37,966 bases of DNA. Source: a virus. Below the pieces are notes generated by a model, which had not been told where the DNA came from, searched no databases, and saw only the letters and a list, made by a program, of their open reading frames with translations. How positions within the stretch are numbered: position 1 is the first letter of the stretch; the number at the start of each line of letters is the position of its first letter. The stretch covers positions 1 through 37,966 of the IMG/VR virus record IMGVR_UViG_3300045988_135835; one strand, 5' to 3'. The position numbers were made by a program, and so were the translations under genes. Below, piece by piece: positions 27,001 to 36,278 of this stretch.

Positions 27001-27542
27001 ATGAAGAAAAGAAAGAATTACTGAAAACTACTGTGGGAGAAAGAGCAGATGAAGTAGCTAAAGAATTTGAATCAGGAGATTATCAAACTAGTGGTGAAAA
27101 TGTACTAAAAGGATTATATGATGGATTAAATAACGGAAAATTAGGACAAGACTTAATTTCAAAGGCCGCATCTATTGCTAGAAATGTAGCAGAACAATTT
27201 AACATACAATGGGATGAACATTCTCCATCAAAATTAATGAAAAAGAAAGCAGAATACTTTTTACAACCGATAGGCACAGTTTTTGAAAAAGAAGAAGGAA
27301 AACTTAAAAATATTTCAAAAAGTGTTGCAAGAAGTGTAATTGAAGGATTTGATAGAGGTGGATTTGACAAATTATTAAATATAAACGCTAATCAAAAAAT
27401 GCAAAGTGCAAATATTCCTTCTAATACAACAAATAATAATATAACATATGTTGCTAACATATATGCTCAGACTGTAAATGAACAAAATCTAAAAACTATT
27501 TTTGATTATATGAATAGAAGATTTGGAAATATGTATTCATAA
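24045..27542 (+). CDS. Phage tail tape measure protein
   Basis: ~1165 aa, IKGIIVEIGGDTSKLQKALNKVN start, long coiled coils and central hydrophobic segments; longest ORF of the window. Confidence 0.95.
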   Translation: MPGNIKGIIVEIGGDTSKLQKALNKVNSQSNSLSKELKGINSLLKLDPKNVELLSQKQEILNQSIDTTQDKLQQLQKIKEEADKKMASGGKISEENYRNLQREIISTQNKLNGLTDELKQFNAENTQLSKASKKIEEYGNKISKVSDKVNDLGNKASVASGAVVAGGIALANSAMSVEDAVAKYVSSTNTATNETEKYKTVLENINKANYGDGYEDIANSMAAVKMQLKDINDADLESITEKAIALRDLFGYDVSESIRAVKALMDNFNITADESFNLIAEGKKQGLDFSNELLDNVNEYSVQFKKLGLSAEDMFNIFKVGSENGAFNLDKIGDAVKEFSIRAIDGSNTTVDGFKRIGLNADEMAKKFANGGDVAKQAFIEVVNRLGSMDDKVSQSIAGVDLFGTMWEDLGPTVISSFSKMDAGISKSSNSMQDSIDELYDTTKKKAETQLKRLQSLGADFGEEMLPVLEKIIDKAEDFIDCLEDMSDEEKENIAKIALLVAGFGPLTKVVGTAGSAVGTITKGLGKFKEAMNVVDTGVKSTSSGINILSNIITAFKSPVGLATTALTALAAATVYVIQKGKELDPEVQKATDNINKMTEAYNESNDAAQQQISAGIAQMDYIQRLREELNQLVDANGKVKDGYKERVDFILGELNEALGTEYTQTDGVIQKYKELSDNIDLLIQKKKAEVILDANKDNYVNALTERTKAQSEYSENLNKQIELENDLVDLKDKLTKKTEEMNEAEKKGQTGAYSAYETAKSQAQFYETQIQQKQKDLDAQKQNVQSSYELYKKYTELIGADDKLQTALLTNNTETIRLALQERTNNMIQQAMTGNETLAQQIEKEGLLYQSDLTLKQDYVSKNQLENAKLVEDDMAAGQQRLANLTNQLVEETNKITELSPAQVEAWKSLANASYLEYSNGISKLSPDMQTKIQEATGVLIASRPEFAQRAGEVGTEVANNFDKNTEAKEKALNTLQGFYEGLSDEEKKELLKTTVGERADEVAKEFESGDYQTSGENVLKGLYDGLNNGKLGQDLISKAASIARNVAEQFNIQWDEHSPSKLMKKKAEYFLQPIGTVFEKEEGKLKNISKSVARSVIEGFDRGGFDKLLNINANQKMQSANIPSNTTNNNITYVANIYAQTVNEQNLKTIFDYMNRRFGNMYS

Positions 27543-27565
27543 AGATTTTTAAAAAATAAGATAAA

Positions 27566-27605
27566 AAAACGGCTTGCGAGAATTGATTTTAAGCCGTTTT
27601 ATTTT
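27566..27605 (+). terminator. Intrinsic terminator after the tape measure gene
   Basis: AAAACGGCTT...AAGCCGTTTT, perfect 10-bp stem followed by ATTTTATT. Confidence 0.75.
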
Positions 27606-27690
27606 ATTGTTAGACTAATTATATGCCTTAAAAATACGATAGAAGAGCAGTTTTGAAATGTTCTTTTTTTATTCTTAACTGGAGGAAAAA

Positions 27691-28548
27691 ATGGTAAGAC
27701 AATTTAGACTTATTAACGAAAAAGGACAAGAATTTAATTTAATGGATTTATATAATTCTTGTTTTCTATCTGAACCTGACGGACTAGGATATTCTTACAA
27801 TACTACATACGAACAGATAGGAAATTCCTTTTTCGAAACTTTAAGAAATGTTGGTCAAGGACAAATAACAGGAACAGCTAATTTTAGTTGCTACGATAAT
27901 TATAAAAGTTTTGTAGATTATATAGAAAGCTCTGAAAAATTAAGGTTTGGATATAAAATACCATATAAAAATCTTCCAATCAAAGAATACTTAAAAGATG
28001 TAAATATACAAAGTATTGGAAAAGGGCAAATAGATGTAGATGGAATACTAAAATGTCCAATCACATTTGATTGTTTAAGCTTGTGGTATGAAGAGAATAA
28101 AACTATATATTCTACATCTGCGCAGGCTAATGAAATTCGATGGGATTTCAAATGGGATAGTAAATTTGTAGATTATAATAATAGAACATTGGAATACATT
28201 AATCAAGGACATGTGCCAGCTCCCATTTTAATAAAGATTAAAGGCCCAGTTGAAAATCCGACACTTACTCTAAAAGTTGAAGGGCAAGTATATCAAGAAA
28301 TAACGGTAAATGTAACTTTACAAGAATATGAAACATTTGAATATTGTACACAAGAAAATAGTTTCTATATTAGAAAAGAAAATACAGATGGAACTTATAC
28401 AGATTTATTCGAACTAGACAATATAGATCCGTCTAATAATAATGTTATTAAATTTCCAAAAGGAAAATCTTGTGAATTAATTATGTCTGCAGATAACGAA
28501 ATATTAAATGCAGAAGTTAGCGTCTATGCATACTATAAGGTGGTTTAA
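27691..28548 (+). CDS. Distal tail (Dit-like) protein
   Basis: FRLINEKGQEFNLMD...FLSEPDGLGYSYNTTYEQIGNSF; position after TMP. Confidence 0.85.
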   Translation: MVRQFRLINEKGQEFNLMDLYNSCFLSEPDGLGYSYNTTYEQIGNSFFETLRNVGQGQITGTANFSCYDNYKSFVDYIESSEKLRFGYKIPYKNLPIKEYLKDVNIQSIGKGQIDVDGILKCPITFDCLSLWYEENKTIYSTSAQANEIRWDFKWDSKFVDYNNRTLEYINQGHVPAPILIKIKGPVENPTLTLKVEGQVYQEITVNVTLQEYETFEYCTQENSFYIRKENTDGTYTDLFELDNIDPSNNNVIKFPKGKSCELIMSADNEILNAEVSVYAYYKVV

Positions 28549-28550
28549 AT

Positions 28551-30245
28551 ATGGCAAGAAGTGTAACAATTAAATTTAATAATAAATCATACAATGCAAC
28601 ATATAACGAAGCAACTGACGAATATGAAGTAGAGCTAACTGCACCCGATGTTGGTGGAATATATAACGCACAAATTTCTTGCGTAGATGGAGATACAACA
28701 AATACAACAGATATAGATATTAGAGTTTTAAAGCAAGAACAAATTAAAATAATAACAGACAATACATATATGTATATATTCGACTATAAAGATTTTACAG
28801 TTAAAGATGTTGTTGAATTATCTAATTATGAAATTAATATAGATGAAGAAACAAATGCAAATACCACAGTAAATGTGTTAAAGAAAACGACAGCAAAATC
28901 AAACGATATAGTAATGATAAAACAAAATGGAGAAATAAAATATTGGGGAATTATTCAAGAGATACAAAATGAAAATGGCTCTAAACTATATCAATATATT
29001 ATTAAATATATTACTAATATGTTTAATCAGAATGTCATTTTAAATCAAAATATAGTAACTACTAATGAAATCGAAGAAGGCTACTATAGAATACATAGTA
29101 AACTAAATTACAATTATGTATTTGATGTACTAAATGGTTCTTTAGAAGCAGGAGCGAATTTACAAGTATATGAAAACAATAACACAAATGCACAAAAATT
29201 TAAAATAACTAAAAGAGCAGATGGAACATATAAAATAATCAATGTTGCTTCTGGAATGGTAGCAGATGTACAAGGAGCTGTGTTTGAAAACGGTACTAAC
29301 GTACAAATGTGGGGCGATACAGACAACGCAGCTCAAAAATGGACATTTACAAAAAGAGATAATAATTCTTATTCAATTTATCTAGCAGCTACGAATTTTG
29401 TTATAGATTTAACTGGTGCAAATGCTTCGAACGGTGGAAATATAGAAATATGGGAATATGTAGAAGGTAGTACGCAAGAATTATGGGTACTAGAAAAACT
29501 TGATGAAGAAATAATACGATACGAAGGCATAGAAGACTATATAGCTGAACAAATCAACAAGAACTTTATCAATAATGAAGATATATTAATGAATCGAAAT
29601 TATTTAGAAATTAGAGTAAAAACACATACTAAATTAGATGTATCTGTTTCTACAATAGTAGATGTTCAAAATGATATATACAATTTACATACATTCATGA
29701 CTAACTGCACTCAAAATTACAATATTACATATAACATATTTCTCGAAAATAAAAAGCTAGTAATTGAAATAGAAAATAAAGAAATCAAAAAAGAATTAAT
29801 TGATGTAAATGCTCAACATATCTCAAACTATACAGAAGTTTTTGAAACGGATGTAGTATCTAAAGTTGTGGTAATAACAAAAGATGGTAGTAGATATATA
29901 TTATATTTAAGGACAGACAGAACTACAACAGAAGATATGTTAGACGAAAATAGAGCAGAAGGTAAAACAGAAGTAGTGTATGCAGAAAACGTAGAAGATG
30001 CAAAACAAAAAGCTTTAGATACATTTAAAGGAAATGCATATAATCATAATGTCACATTTGATTATTACGATAGAGAAATTAAAGTCGGAACACCGATAAC
30101 GATTAAGACAAAAGAATCTTTGATTTATGATACATATATTTCTGCAGTTACAAAGTCAAAAGGCAGTAAAATGTATAAATATACTTGTGGAAATATAAGA
30201 ATAGGTTTTATAGATAAACTTAAAAAGGAAAGGAAAAATAAGTAA
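28551..30245 (+). CDS. Tail protein (Tal/gp18-like) with inserted ricin-type beta-trefoil domain
   Basis: Tail-like flanks around three QxW-like repeats (NAQKFKIT, AAQKWTFT, TQELWVLE). Confidence 0.8.
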   Translation: MARSVTIKFNNKSYNATYNEATDEYEVELTAPDVGGIYNAQISCVDGDTTNTTDIDIRVLKQEQIKIITDNTYMYIFDYKDFTVKDVVELSNYEINIDEETNANTTVNVLKKTTAKSNDIVMIKQNGEIKYWGIIQEIQNENGSKLYQYIIKYITNMFNQNVILNQNIVTTNEIEEGYYRIHSKLNYNYVFDVLNGSLEAGANLQVYENNNTNAQKFKITKRADGTYKIINVASGMVADVQGAVFENGTNVQMWGDTDNAAQKWTFTKRDNNSYSIYLAATNFVIDLTGANASNGGNIEIWEYVEGSTQELWVLEKLDEEIIRYEGIEDYIAEQINKNFINNEDILMNRNYLEIRVKTHTKLDVSVSTIVDVQNDIYNLHTFMTNCTQNYNITYNIFLENKKLVIEIENKEIKKELIDVNAQHISNYTEVFETDVVSKVVVITKDGSRYILYLRTDRTTTEDMLDENRAEGKTEVVYAENVEDAKQKALDTFKGNAYNHNVTFDYYDREIKVGTPITIKTKESLIYDTYISAVTKSKGSKMYKYTCGNIRIGFIDKLKKERKNK

Positions 30246-30883
30246 TGTTAAAAGGACATGTTTTTTCGGAGCAGATATTTGGCAATCAAATATTTGCTCT
30301 TTTTATTAATACTTTTTTACACGGAAGAAATGGAGTTAGTAATAATTATAAAGAAGGAATGGCAATAACAACAACTGGAAGTAATATACATATCGCTTCT
30401 GGGGCTATCTGCATACAAGGAAGATTTTTAGAAGAAGATTCTGGTAGAGATATTGTAGCAGATACAGATAGTCAATATTGTTCTTTAGTTTTAGAAATAA
30501 ATCTGGATGCTGTTAATACATCAGACAGTTTCTTACAAGCAGACTACAAAATAATTAAAAATGCTAGCAATTATCCAACGCTAACACAAAATAATATTGT
30601 AAAAAACAATGCTGGAACATATCAGTACGAATTAGCTAGATTTAGAACGTCTGCAAGTGGTATTACAGATTTTCAAGATAGAAGGACTTTTTTGGATTTC
30701 GATACTATATGGGATTTTATTGAACAAGAGTGGAATGTAAAGTTAACAGAGTTAGAAGAAGAATTAGCTAAAGTAGAAGACGGCAGTGCGTATTTCTTAA
30801 ATTCAAGATTTAAAATATTTCATAACCAAGCCGATGATTCTCAAGGCAAAGAAGGAGATATCGGCTTGGTTTATTTTGATTAG
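30245..30883 (+). CDS. Tail/baseplate structural protein
   Basis: MAITTTGSNIHIASGAICIQGRFLEEDSG...DFQDRRTF; position. Confidence 0.7.
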   Translation: MLKGHVFSEQIFGNQIFALFINTFLHGRNGVSNNYKEGMAITTTGSNIHIASGAICIQGRFLEEDSGRDIVADTDSQYCSLVLEINLDAVNTSDSFLQADYKIIKNASNYPTLTQNNIVKNNAGTYQYELARFRTSASGITDFQDRRTFLDFDTIWDFIEQEWNVKLTELEEELAKVEDGSAYFLNSRFKIFHNQADDSQGKEGDIGLVYFD

Positions 30884-30892
30884 GAGGCTTAA

Positions 30893-31987
30893 ATGGCTAG
30901 AATAACTGGATATGTAACACAGCACAATGAAGCTTACGAATACTATATAGAATGGGAAGAATTTAATATTAATCAACAGGCTAATACTTCTTCTGTAAGA
31001 GCTACTTCATATATTAAATGTAATTCTCATACTTCTTGGGCAAATAACAAGACTCAGAGGCTATGGATTGCAGGAAGAGAGTTTAGTAATACATTAAATA
31101 TAAGCTTAAGTCCAGGAGCAGTCGTGCAGCTTGTGAGTGCTACAGTGGATAATATTCCTCACAATTGGGATGGTAGCTTAAACATAGAAATTGCGGCGAG
31201 TGGAGATTTACCTTCTGGTTCTGGATACGGACCTCTTTGGGGAGAAGCGAAGGCAACAGTTTGGCTAACGCAAATACCGAGACAAGCAAATTTTAGCTCT
31301 GTACAAATACAAAACACAAGCTTAGATAAATTTGATGTTTATTATAATATGGATAAAACTATATCTGCAATGCAATACAGAATTAATGGTGGAGCTTGGC
31401 AAAATATTTACCCATACTGGGGAAACTGGAATAAAGAATGTACTTTTACTGTAGATAACTTAACAGCGAACACTAATTATACAGTGCAGCTAAAAGCTAC
31501 ATGCAACGGAATTGATACATATTCTTCTGTTTACAATGTTAGAACTTTAGATATTGCAAAATTTACAACTTTAAATGATTTTATTTTTGGAGATGTAATA
31601 AATATAACAAAAACGAATGAGTCTAATTTATCTAATTTTCTAACAATTAAAGTAGGAGAAAATGTAATAGTAGAACGTAGAACTTTAGAATCAAATAATT
31701 TAGTATTTACATTTACTCAAGACGATTTAGACAAATTATATAAAGCTCTAACTAGTTTTAGTAAAACAACAGTAGAATTTATATTGATAACAAACAATGG
31801 CTCTCAGGATTGGACAAGCTCTAAAAAGGTACAATGTACATTTAATGGCAATCAATTAACAGCACATTATTATACTCAAGACCAAACAAGGAAAAGAGCA
31901 AAAGTAATATATTACATAGCAGATGAAACTCCGAAAAAGGCAGTTTTTGTAATTAAAAAAGATGGAAAATGGAGGAAGTGTATTTAA
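30893..31987 (+). CDS. Minor structural / receptor-binding-like protein (DUF859-like, with Fn3-like part)
   Basis: N-terminal beta-rich domain WEEFNINQQANTSSVRA...; Fn3-like TFTVDNLTANTNYTVQLKATCNG. Confidence 0.7.
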   Translation: MARITGYVTQHNEAYEYYIEWEEFNINQQANTSSVRATSYIKCNSHTSWANNKTQRLWIAGREFSNTLNISLSPGAVVQLVSATVDNIPHNWDGSLNIEIAASGDLPSGSGYGPLWGEAKATVWLTQIPRQANFSSVQIQNTSLDKFDVYYNMDKTISAMQYRINGGAWQNIYPYWGNWNKECTFTVDNLTANTNYTVQLKATCNGIDTYSSVYNVRTLDIAKFTTLNDFIFGDVINITKTNESNLSNFLTIKVGENVIVERRTLESNNLVFTFTQDDLDKLYKALTSFSKTTVEFILITNNGSQDWTSSKKVQCTFNGNQLTAHYYTQDQTRKRAKVIYYIADETPKKAVFVIKKDGKWRKCI

Positions 31988-32163
31988 TGGAAGAAAGAGA
32001 TACATTCTTCAAAGAAATAATAATAGAACCTTCGAAAATTTATACAAAATCTAAATTTAAGTTAAAAATAAAATTAGAAGATAATTCAATATCAAGATTG
32101 TTAACAGAAGATAATTTTGTATTGAATACCGAAAATAACGAAGAATTAATTGTTGAGGTGTAG
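31988..32163 (+). CDS. Small tail-associated protein
   Basis: MEERDTFFKEIIIEPSKIYTKSKFKLKIKLEDN; ORF opens at 31969. Confidence 0.55.
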
Positions 32164-32167
32164 AAAA

Positions 32168-32833
32168 ATGGCAGATAAGAAAATATCTGAATTAATAGAA
32201 GCATTAAATTTAAAAGATACAGACATATTAGTAATTGTGCAAGATAACACAACTAAAAAAATAACTGTAGCAAATGCAAAAGAAATGTTAAAAGGAGCTG
32301 ACGGACAGCAAGGACCACAAGGACCACAAGGACCGCAAGGGGAACCAGGAACACCAGGACAGCCAGGAGAAAAAGGAGATCCAGGAGTAGCAGGTACTGA
32401 TGGAAAAGATGGAATTAGTATTACCGAAATAACTACAGGAATAATAAGCGAAGAGGCAGGATATACTGTAACTCCAATCACAATAAACAAAAGTGATGGT
32501 TCTAATACAATAGTTTACATTAAAGCTAAAAACGGGGCAGGAGGAAGTCAAGGAACATCTAATTATAACGATTTAACGAATAAGCCTAAAATTAACAACG
32601 TTGAACTTTTAAACAATAAAAACTTAAAAGATTTAGGGATACAGCAAATCTATATTGGACAAGAAGAACCTAAAGATGAAAGTGTAGAAGTATGGATAGA
32701 TCCAGAAGGAGAAGCAACAGGTATACCTAGCAAAACGAGCGAATTAGAAAATGATAGTGGATTCGTAGATGAAACTTTTGTTAAAAATGCTATTACTAAT
32801 GCTATATCTTCTGCTTTAAAGGAGGAATATTAA
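32168..32833 (+). CDS. Collagen-like tail fibre protein
   Basis: MADKKISELIEALNLKDTDILVIVQDNTTKKI...GPQGPQGPQGEPGTPGQPGEKGDPGVAGTDGKDG. Confidence 0.88.
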   Translation: MADKKISELIEALNLKDTDILVIVQDNTTKKITVANAKEMLKGADGQQGPQGPQGPQGEPGTPGQPGEKGDPGVAGTDGKDGISITEITTGIISEEAGYTVTPITINKSDGSNTIVYIKAKNGAGGSQGTSNYNDLTNKPKINNVELLNNKNLKDLGIQQIYIGQEEPKDESVEVWIDPEGEATGIPSKTSELENDSGFVDETFVKNAITNAISSALKEEY

Positions 32834-33570
32834 TGGCAAGAACAGATACTCTCAAAAATTTCTTGACAGATGTAGCTAACTCTATAAGAGAAAAAAAGGG
32901 GACTTCAGATAAAATATTAGCTTCGAATTTTGATACAGAAATCCAAAACATTCAAAGTGGAAGCGAAGAATCGATATATGATTATTTTTTTAGTAGCGTT
33001 AGTGGGAATGTGAAGGCACAAACATTATTTAAGACTATACCAAAAATTGATTTTAGTAAGGCAACTAATACTAGAACTCTATTCTATCAATCAAGTATAG
33101 TAACTGTACCAGAATTAGATTTATCTAATGTAACAGATGCAGCAGGTATGTTTAATGACTGTAAAGAATTAAAAACAATTCCGAATCTTAATACAATTAA
33201 AGCAACAGATATGAGTTATTTATTTATTGTGTGTCCAAAACTAGAAAGCATAGGAGAAGTAAATGCTGATAGCGCTACAAATATAACTGGAATTGTAGAC
33301 AATGATTCTAAGTTAAACAAATTTTTAGGATTAAAAAATTTAGGAAAAGGCTATTTAACTAGTAGTGAGGCTAATTTTAGTAATTATACTTTGAATTTAT
33401 CACAAACAAATTTGGATCATGATAGTTTAATGAATGTAATAAATAAATTATATGATATTAAGTCGAAAGGTTGTCAAGTTCAAAGATTAATATTAGGTTC
33501 TATACTTAAAGCAAAATTAACAACAGAAGAAATAGCTATTGCAACTAGTAAGGGCTGGAATGTTGAGTAG
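32833..33570 (+). CDS. Tail-associated BspA-like leucine-rich-repeat (DUF285-like) protein
   Basis: IPKIDFSKATNTRTLFYQSSIVTVPELDLSNVTDAAGMFNDCKELKTIPNLNTIKATDMSYLF. Confidence 0.8.
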   Translation: MARTDTLKNFLTDVANSIREKKGTSDKILASNFDTEIQNIQSGSEESIYDYFFSSVSGNVKAQTLFKTIPKIDFSKATNTRTLFYQSSIVTVPELDLSNVTDAAGMFNDCKELKTIPNLNTIKATDMSYLFIVCPKLESIGEVNADSATNITGIVDNDSKLNKFLGLKNLGKGYLTSSEANFSNYTLNLSQTNLDHDSLMNVINKLYDIKSKGCQVQRLILGSILKAKLTTEEIAIATSKGWNVE

Positions 33571-33581
33571 GAGGTATAAGA

Positions 33582-33800
33582 ATGCAATTTTTTGATTATA
33601 CAGAACCCAAAATGATAGTAGCAGACAGAGGAAAGAAAATTAGAAATAAAAACGATACATATAAAAAAGAATATATTGATGAATACGGAATGAAAGTAAA
33701 TGAACACATTCCGTATTATACTACAACAATTTTTGTGTCAGAAAATTTTAAAAAAGAAGATATGGATAAAATATATATTGAAGAAGAGGTTGATGAATAA
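33582..33800 (+). CDS. Hypothetical structural-region protein
   Basis: 72-aa ORF with RBS ggaggt. Confidence 0.6.
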   Translation: MQFFDYTEPKMIVADRGKKIRNKNDTYKKEYIDEYGMKVNEHIPYYTTTIFVSENFKKEDMDKIYIEEEVDE

Positions 33801-33977
33801 ATGTCTGTAATACGTATACGAAATGAAAAAGGTGAGTTTGAAGAAATTCCAATTATAAAAGGAGAAAAAGGAGATCCAGGAGAAGACGGTATAAGTGTTA
33901 ATTGTATAAAAGTAGCTGATGAGCAAACTGCAATATCTCAAAGTGCAGCCAATCCTAATAACATATATTACTGGTAG
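33801..33977 (+). CDS. 58-aa protein with a short collagen-like motif
   Basis: MSVIRIRNEKGEFEEIPIIKGEKGDPGEDGISVNCIKVADEQTAISQSAANPNNIYYW. Confidence 0.6.
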   Translation: MSVIRIRNEKGEFEEIPIIKGEKGDPGEDGISVNCIKVADEQTAISQSAANPNNIYYW

Positions 33978-33986
33978 GTGTTTAAA

Positions 33987-34733
33987 ATGAGAACAGCAAT
34001 AAATGGAACAAAAATAAATAATTTTTACATAAGCGGAAGTAAAGTAAATGGCTTTGCAAAAAAGGGAGAAATTGTATTTAAAAGAGAAGGAGATACAGTA
34101 GCGCCTGCCTATAATTCGCTTGGAATTGTCAGAAATAATAATGCTGGAGAAACTAGAGATACACATTATGCAAAAATTGGAGATAGCGTTCGAGTCCTTA
34201 TATACTTTGCAGAACAATTAGCAGTTGAGCCTAAAGTAAAAATTGCAAACAAAGAATTTGTTGCTACATATAGGCCTTTAAGTTCCACTAACGGCTTATC
34301 TGCATATTATGCAGATTGTAAATTAACAGAAGATTTAGAGTTGTCTACAGGTGAAATTCAATTTGAAGTTTATGGTTATGCTGATGCATCAGGAAATGTT
34401 GGCACAAAATTAACAAATGCAGACATAAATAATTCTATGTATCAATATGTAATATTTGACAATATAGTCCCAGAAATTACAGTAAAAGATGGAGAAAATG
34501 AAACTATTGGAGATGCTGTAAACGGATATAGTAAGATAAGTTTTAAGATTTATGATGATATAGCATTAGCTGAATATGATATAAATGGAGAAATTGGTGT
34601 TTTATCTGTAAGTCAATGGGGAGATATTAATAATATAACAGCTAGTTATAAAGGTGCAGTTGTTGGAGAAAACATATTAAAAGTAAGAGATCAATCTGGA
34701 AATGAAAATACCTTAACATTTAAATTGATATAA
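33987..34733 (+). CDS. Structural-region protein, unknown function
   Basis: MRTAINGTKINNFYISGSKVNGFAKKGEIVFKREGD... Confidence 0.6.
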   Translation: MRTAINGTKINNFYISGSKVNGFAKKGEIVFKREGDTVAPAYNSLGIVRNNNAGETRDTHYAKIGDSVRVLIYFAEQLAVEPKVKIANKEFVATYRPLSSTNGLSAYYADCKLTEDLELSTGEIQFEVYGYADASGNVGTKLTNADINNSMYQYVIFDNIVPEITVKDGENETIGDAVNGYSKISFKIYDDIALAEYDINGEIGVLSVSQWGDINNITASYKGAVVGENILKVRDQSGNENTLTFKLI

Positions 34734-34739
34734 AGAAGA

Positions 34740-34841
34740 ATGCAAATATTAATTAAATATAGAAAAAATAAAATATTTAGAATTATAAAAAGAATATTAA
34801 TAAGCTTAATGCTGTTAATGTTCTTTAATTTGTTTATTTAG
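34740..34841 (+). CDS. 33-aa candidate membrane peptide
   Basis: MQILIKYRKNKIFRIIKRILISLMLLMFFNLFI. Confidence 0.35.
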   Translation: MQILIKYRKNKIFRIIKRILISLMLLMFFNLFI

Positions 34842-34850
34842 GAGAAAGAT

Positions 34851-35060
34851 ATGAGTAATAAAAAAATAAAAATAATTATAACTTTAGCAATTATAGTTTT
34901 TGTTTTATTGCTTGGAAATTTGTTTGTCAGTGTAAGACAAGAAATTGATTACAATAGAAGGAAAGAAAGTGGAAACGATAGGTGGTTACAAGTTGAAAAC
35001 CGAATTTTACAAATAGAAGAAGAAATTGATGAGGTGCAAAAAGATGGAAGAAATTCTTAA
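34851..35060 (+). CDS. Small membrane-anchored protein in the lysis module
   Basis: IKIIITLAIIVFVLLLGNLFVS, then a charged helix; RBS ggagaaag. Confidence 0.6.
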   Translation: MSNKKIKIIITLAIIVFVLLLGNLFVSVRQEIDYNRRKESGNDRWLQVENRILQIEEEIDEVQKDGRNS

Positions 35061-35283
35061 TATCGTTGGAAATTATACCGTTTCAGCAATTATCGTAGGT
35101 TTGTTTATATGGGATTGGATTTCTAATAAAAAGAAAATTGCAGATACAATAGAACAAAATGCACAATGCTTAGAAGAAATAAAGAAAACAAATGAAAATA
35201 CGTCTGTTTCTTTAGATTTATTGAAACAACAGATGGAAAAAACAGATAACAAAATAGATAAATTATTAGAAGAAAGGAAGTGA
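35044..35283 (+). CDS. BhlA/XhlA-like holin-associated membrane protein
   Basis: MEEILNIVGNYTVSAIIVGLFIWDWISNKKKIADTIEQN... Confidence 0.65.
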   Translation: MEEILNIVGNYTVSAIIVGLFIWDWISNKKKIADTIEQNAQCLEEIKKTNENTSVSLDLLKQQMEKTDNKIDKLLEERK

Positions 35284-35290
35284 AAAAAGT

Positions 35291-35542
35291 ATGGAAATAA
35301 CAGTAGCATTAATAATAACAGCATTAACATTAGTGGCAGGTCAAATAACTAAATTAACAAGTATAGATAATAAGTGGATACCTTTGCAAAACATAATAAT
35401 TGCAATAGTAGCAAGTATTGTATGTATTTGTTCCCACGTACAAGACATGAGCGTGTTAGAAACAATAGTTACTTGTATTTTTGGAACTATGTCTGCTGGA
35501 GGTATAGCAGATTTAAAGAAAATTGGACAAAAGGAGGAATAG
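35291..35542 (+). CDS. Phage holin
   Basis: Hydrophobic helices and position directly upstream of the endolysin. Confidence 0.8.
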   Translation: MEITVALIITALTLVAGQITKLTSIDNKWIPLQNIIIAIVASIVCICSHVQDMSVLETIVTCIFGTMSAGGIADLKKIGQKEE

Positions 35543-35545
35543 CAT

Positions 35546-36220
35546 ATGAATTTGGCAGATTTTGGAAGCTGGGGACTAGCACAAGGAAGCGTAGCTAATC
35601 CAGAACCAAACAATAAGTATAAAGGGCAATGTGTTTCTTTAATACAGCAATACTTATATAAAGTATTTGGAAAAACATTTAAAGCATATGGAAACGCAAA
35701 AGACTGGGCTACAAATTATCCAAAAGATTATTTTACTAAATTAGCTAATAATACAAAACCTCAACCAGGAGATGTATTAGTATATGGCTCAAATTATGGT
35801 GGAGGATATGGACATATAGGCTTAATAGATGTAAATGGAAAATGGTATGACCAAAATGGTGTAAAAAAATTAGCTGTTGGTTATAGAGATACACCTTTTT
35901 CTGGATATGTTTGTATATTAAGACCTAAAAATCAATTAGCATTGGGGTTAAATAGTGGAGATTATAAAGTAGGAACTACATATACATTAACAACTAATGT
36001 CAAAGTTCGTGATGGTGCTGGAACAAATGCAAGACGTAAGCTAAGAAGCGAACTAACAGCAGATGGACAAAAGAATGCATTAAATCAAGAAAATGCAACT
36101 TTAAAAGAAGGAACTAGAGTAACAGTTCAAGAAGTTAAAAACTTAAATGGAGATATTTGGGTTAGAATACCAAGTGGATGGATAGCTGCTAAATATCAAG
36201 GTTCTACATATCTTAAATAA
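35546..36220 (+). CDS. Endolysin: N-terminal CHAP amidase/peptidase plus C-terminal SH3 domain
   Basis: GQCVSLIQQYL...KPQPGDVLVYGSNYGGGYGHIGLIDVNGKW; C-terminal VRDGAGTNARRK...VTVQEVKNLNGDIWVRIPSGWIAAKY. Confidence 0.93.
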   Translation: MNLADFGSWGLAQGSVANPEPNNKYKGQCVSLIQQYLYKVFGKTFKAYGNAKDWATNYPKDYFTKLANNTKPQPGDVLVYGSNYGGGYGHIGLIDVNGKWYDQNGVKKLAVGYRDTPFSGYVCILRPKNQLALGLNSGDYKVGTTYTLTTNVKVRDGAGTNARRKLRSELTADGQKNALNQENATLKEGTRVTVQEVKNLNGDIWVRIPSGWIAAKYQGSTYLK

Positions 36221-36240
36221 TTTAATATAAAGAAATAGAG

Positions 36241-36278
36241 AAGAGGCAGTAGATTAATTTCTATTGCCTCTTTTTTTG
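36241..36278 (+). terminator. Late operon terminator
   Basis: AAGAGGCAGTAGA...TCTATTGCCTC followed by TTTTTTT. Confidence 0.8.
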
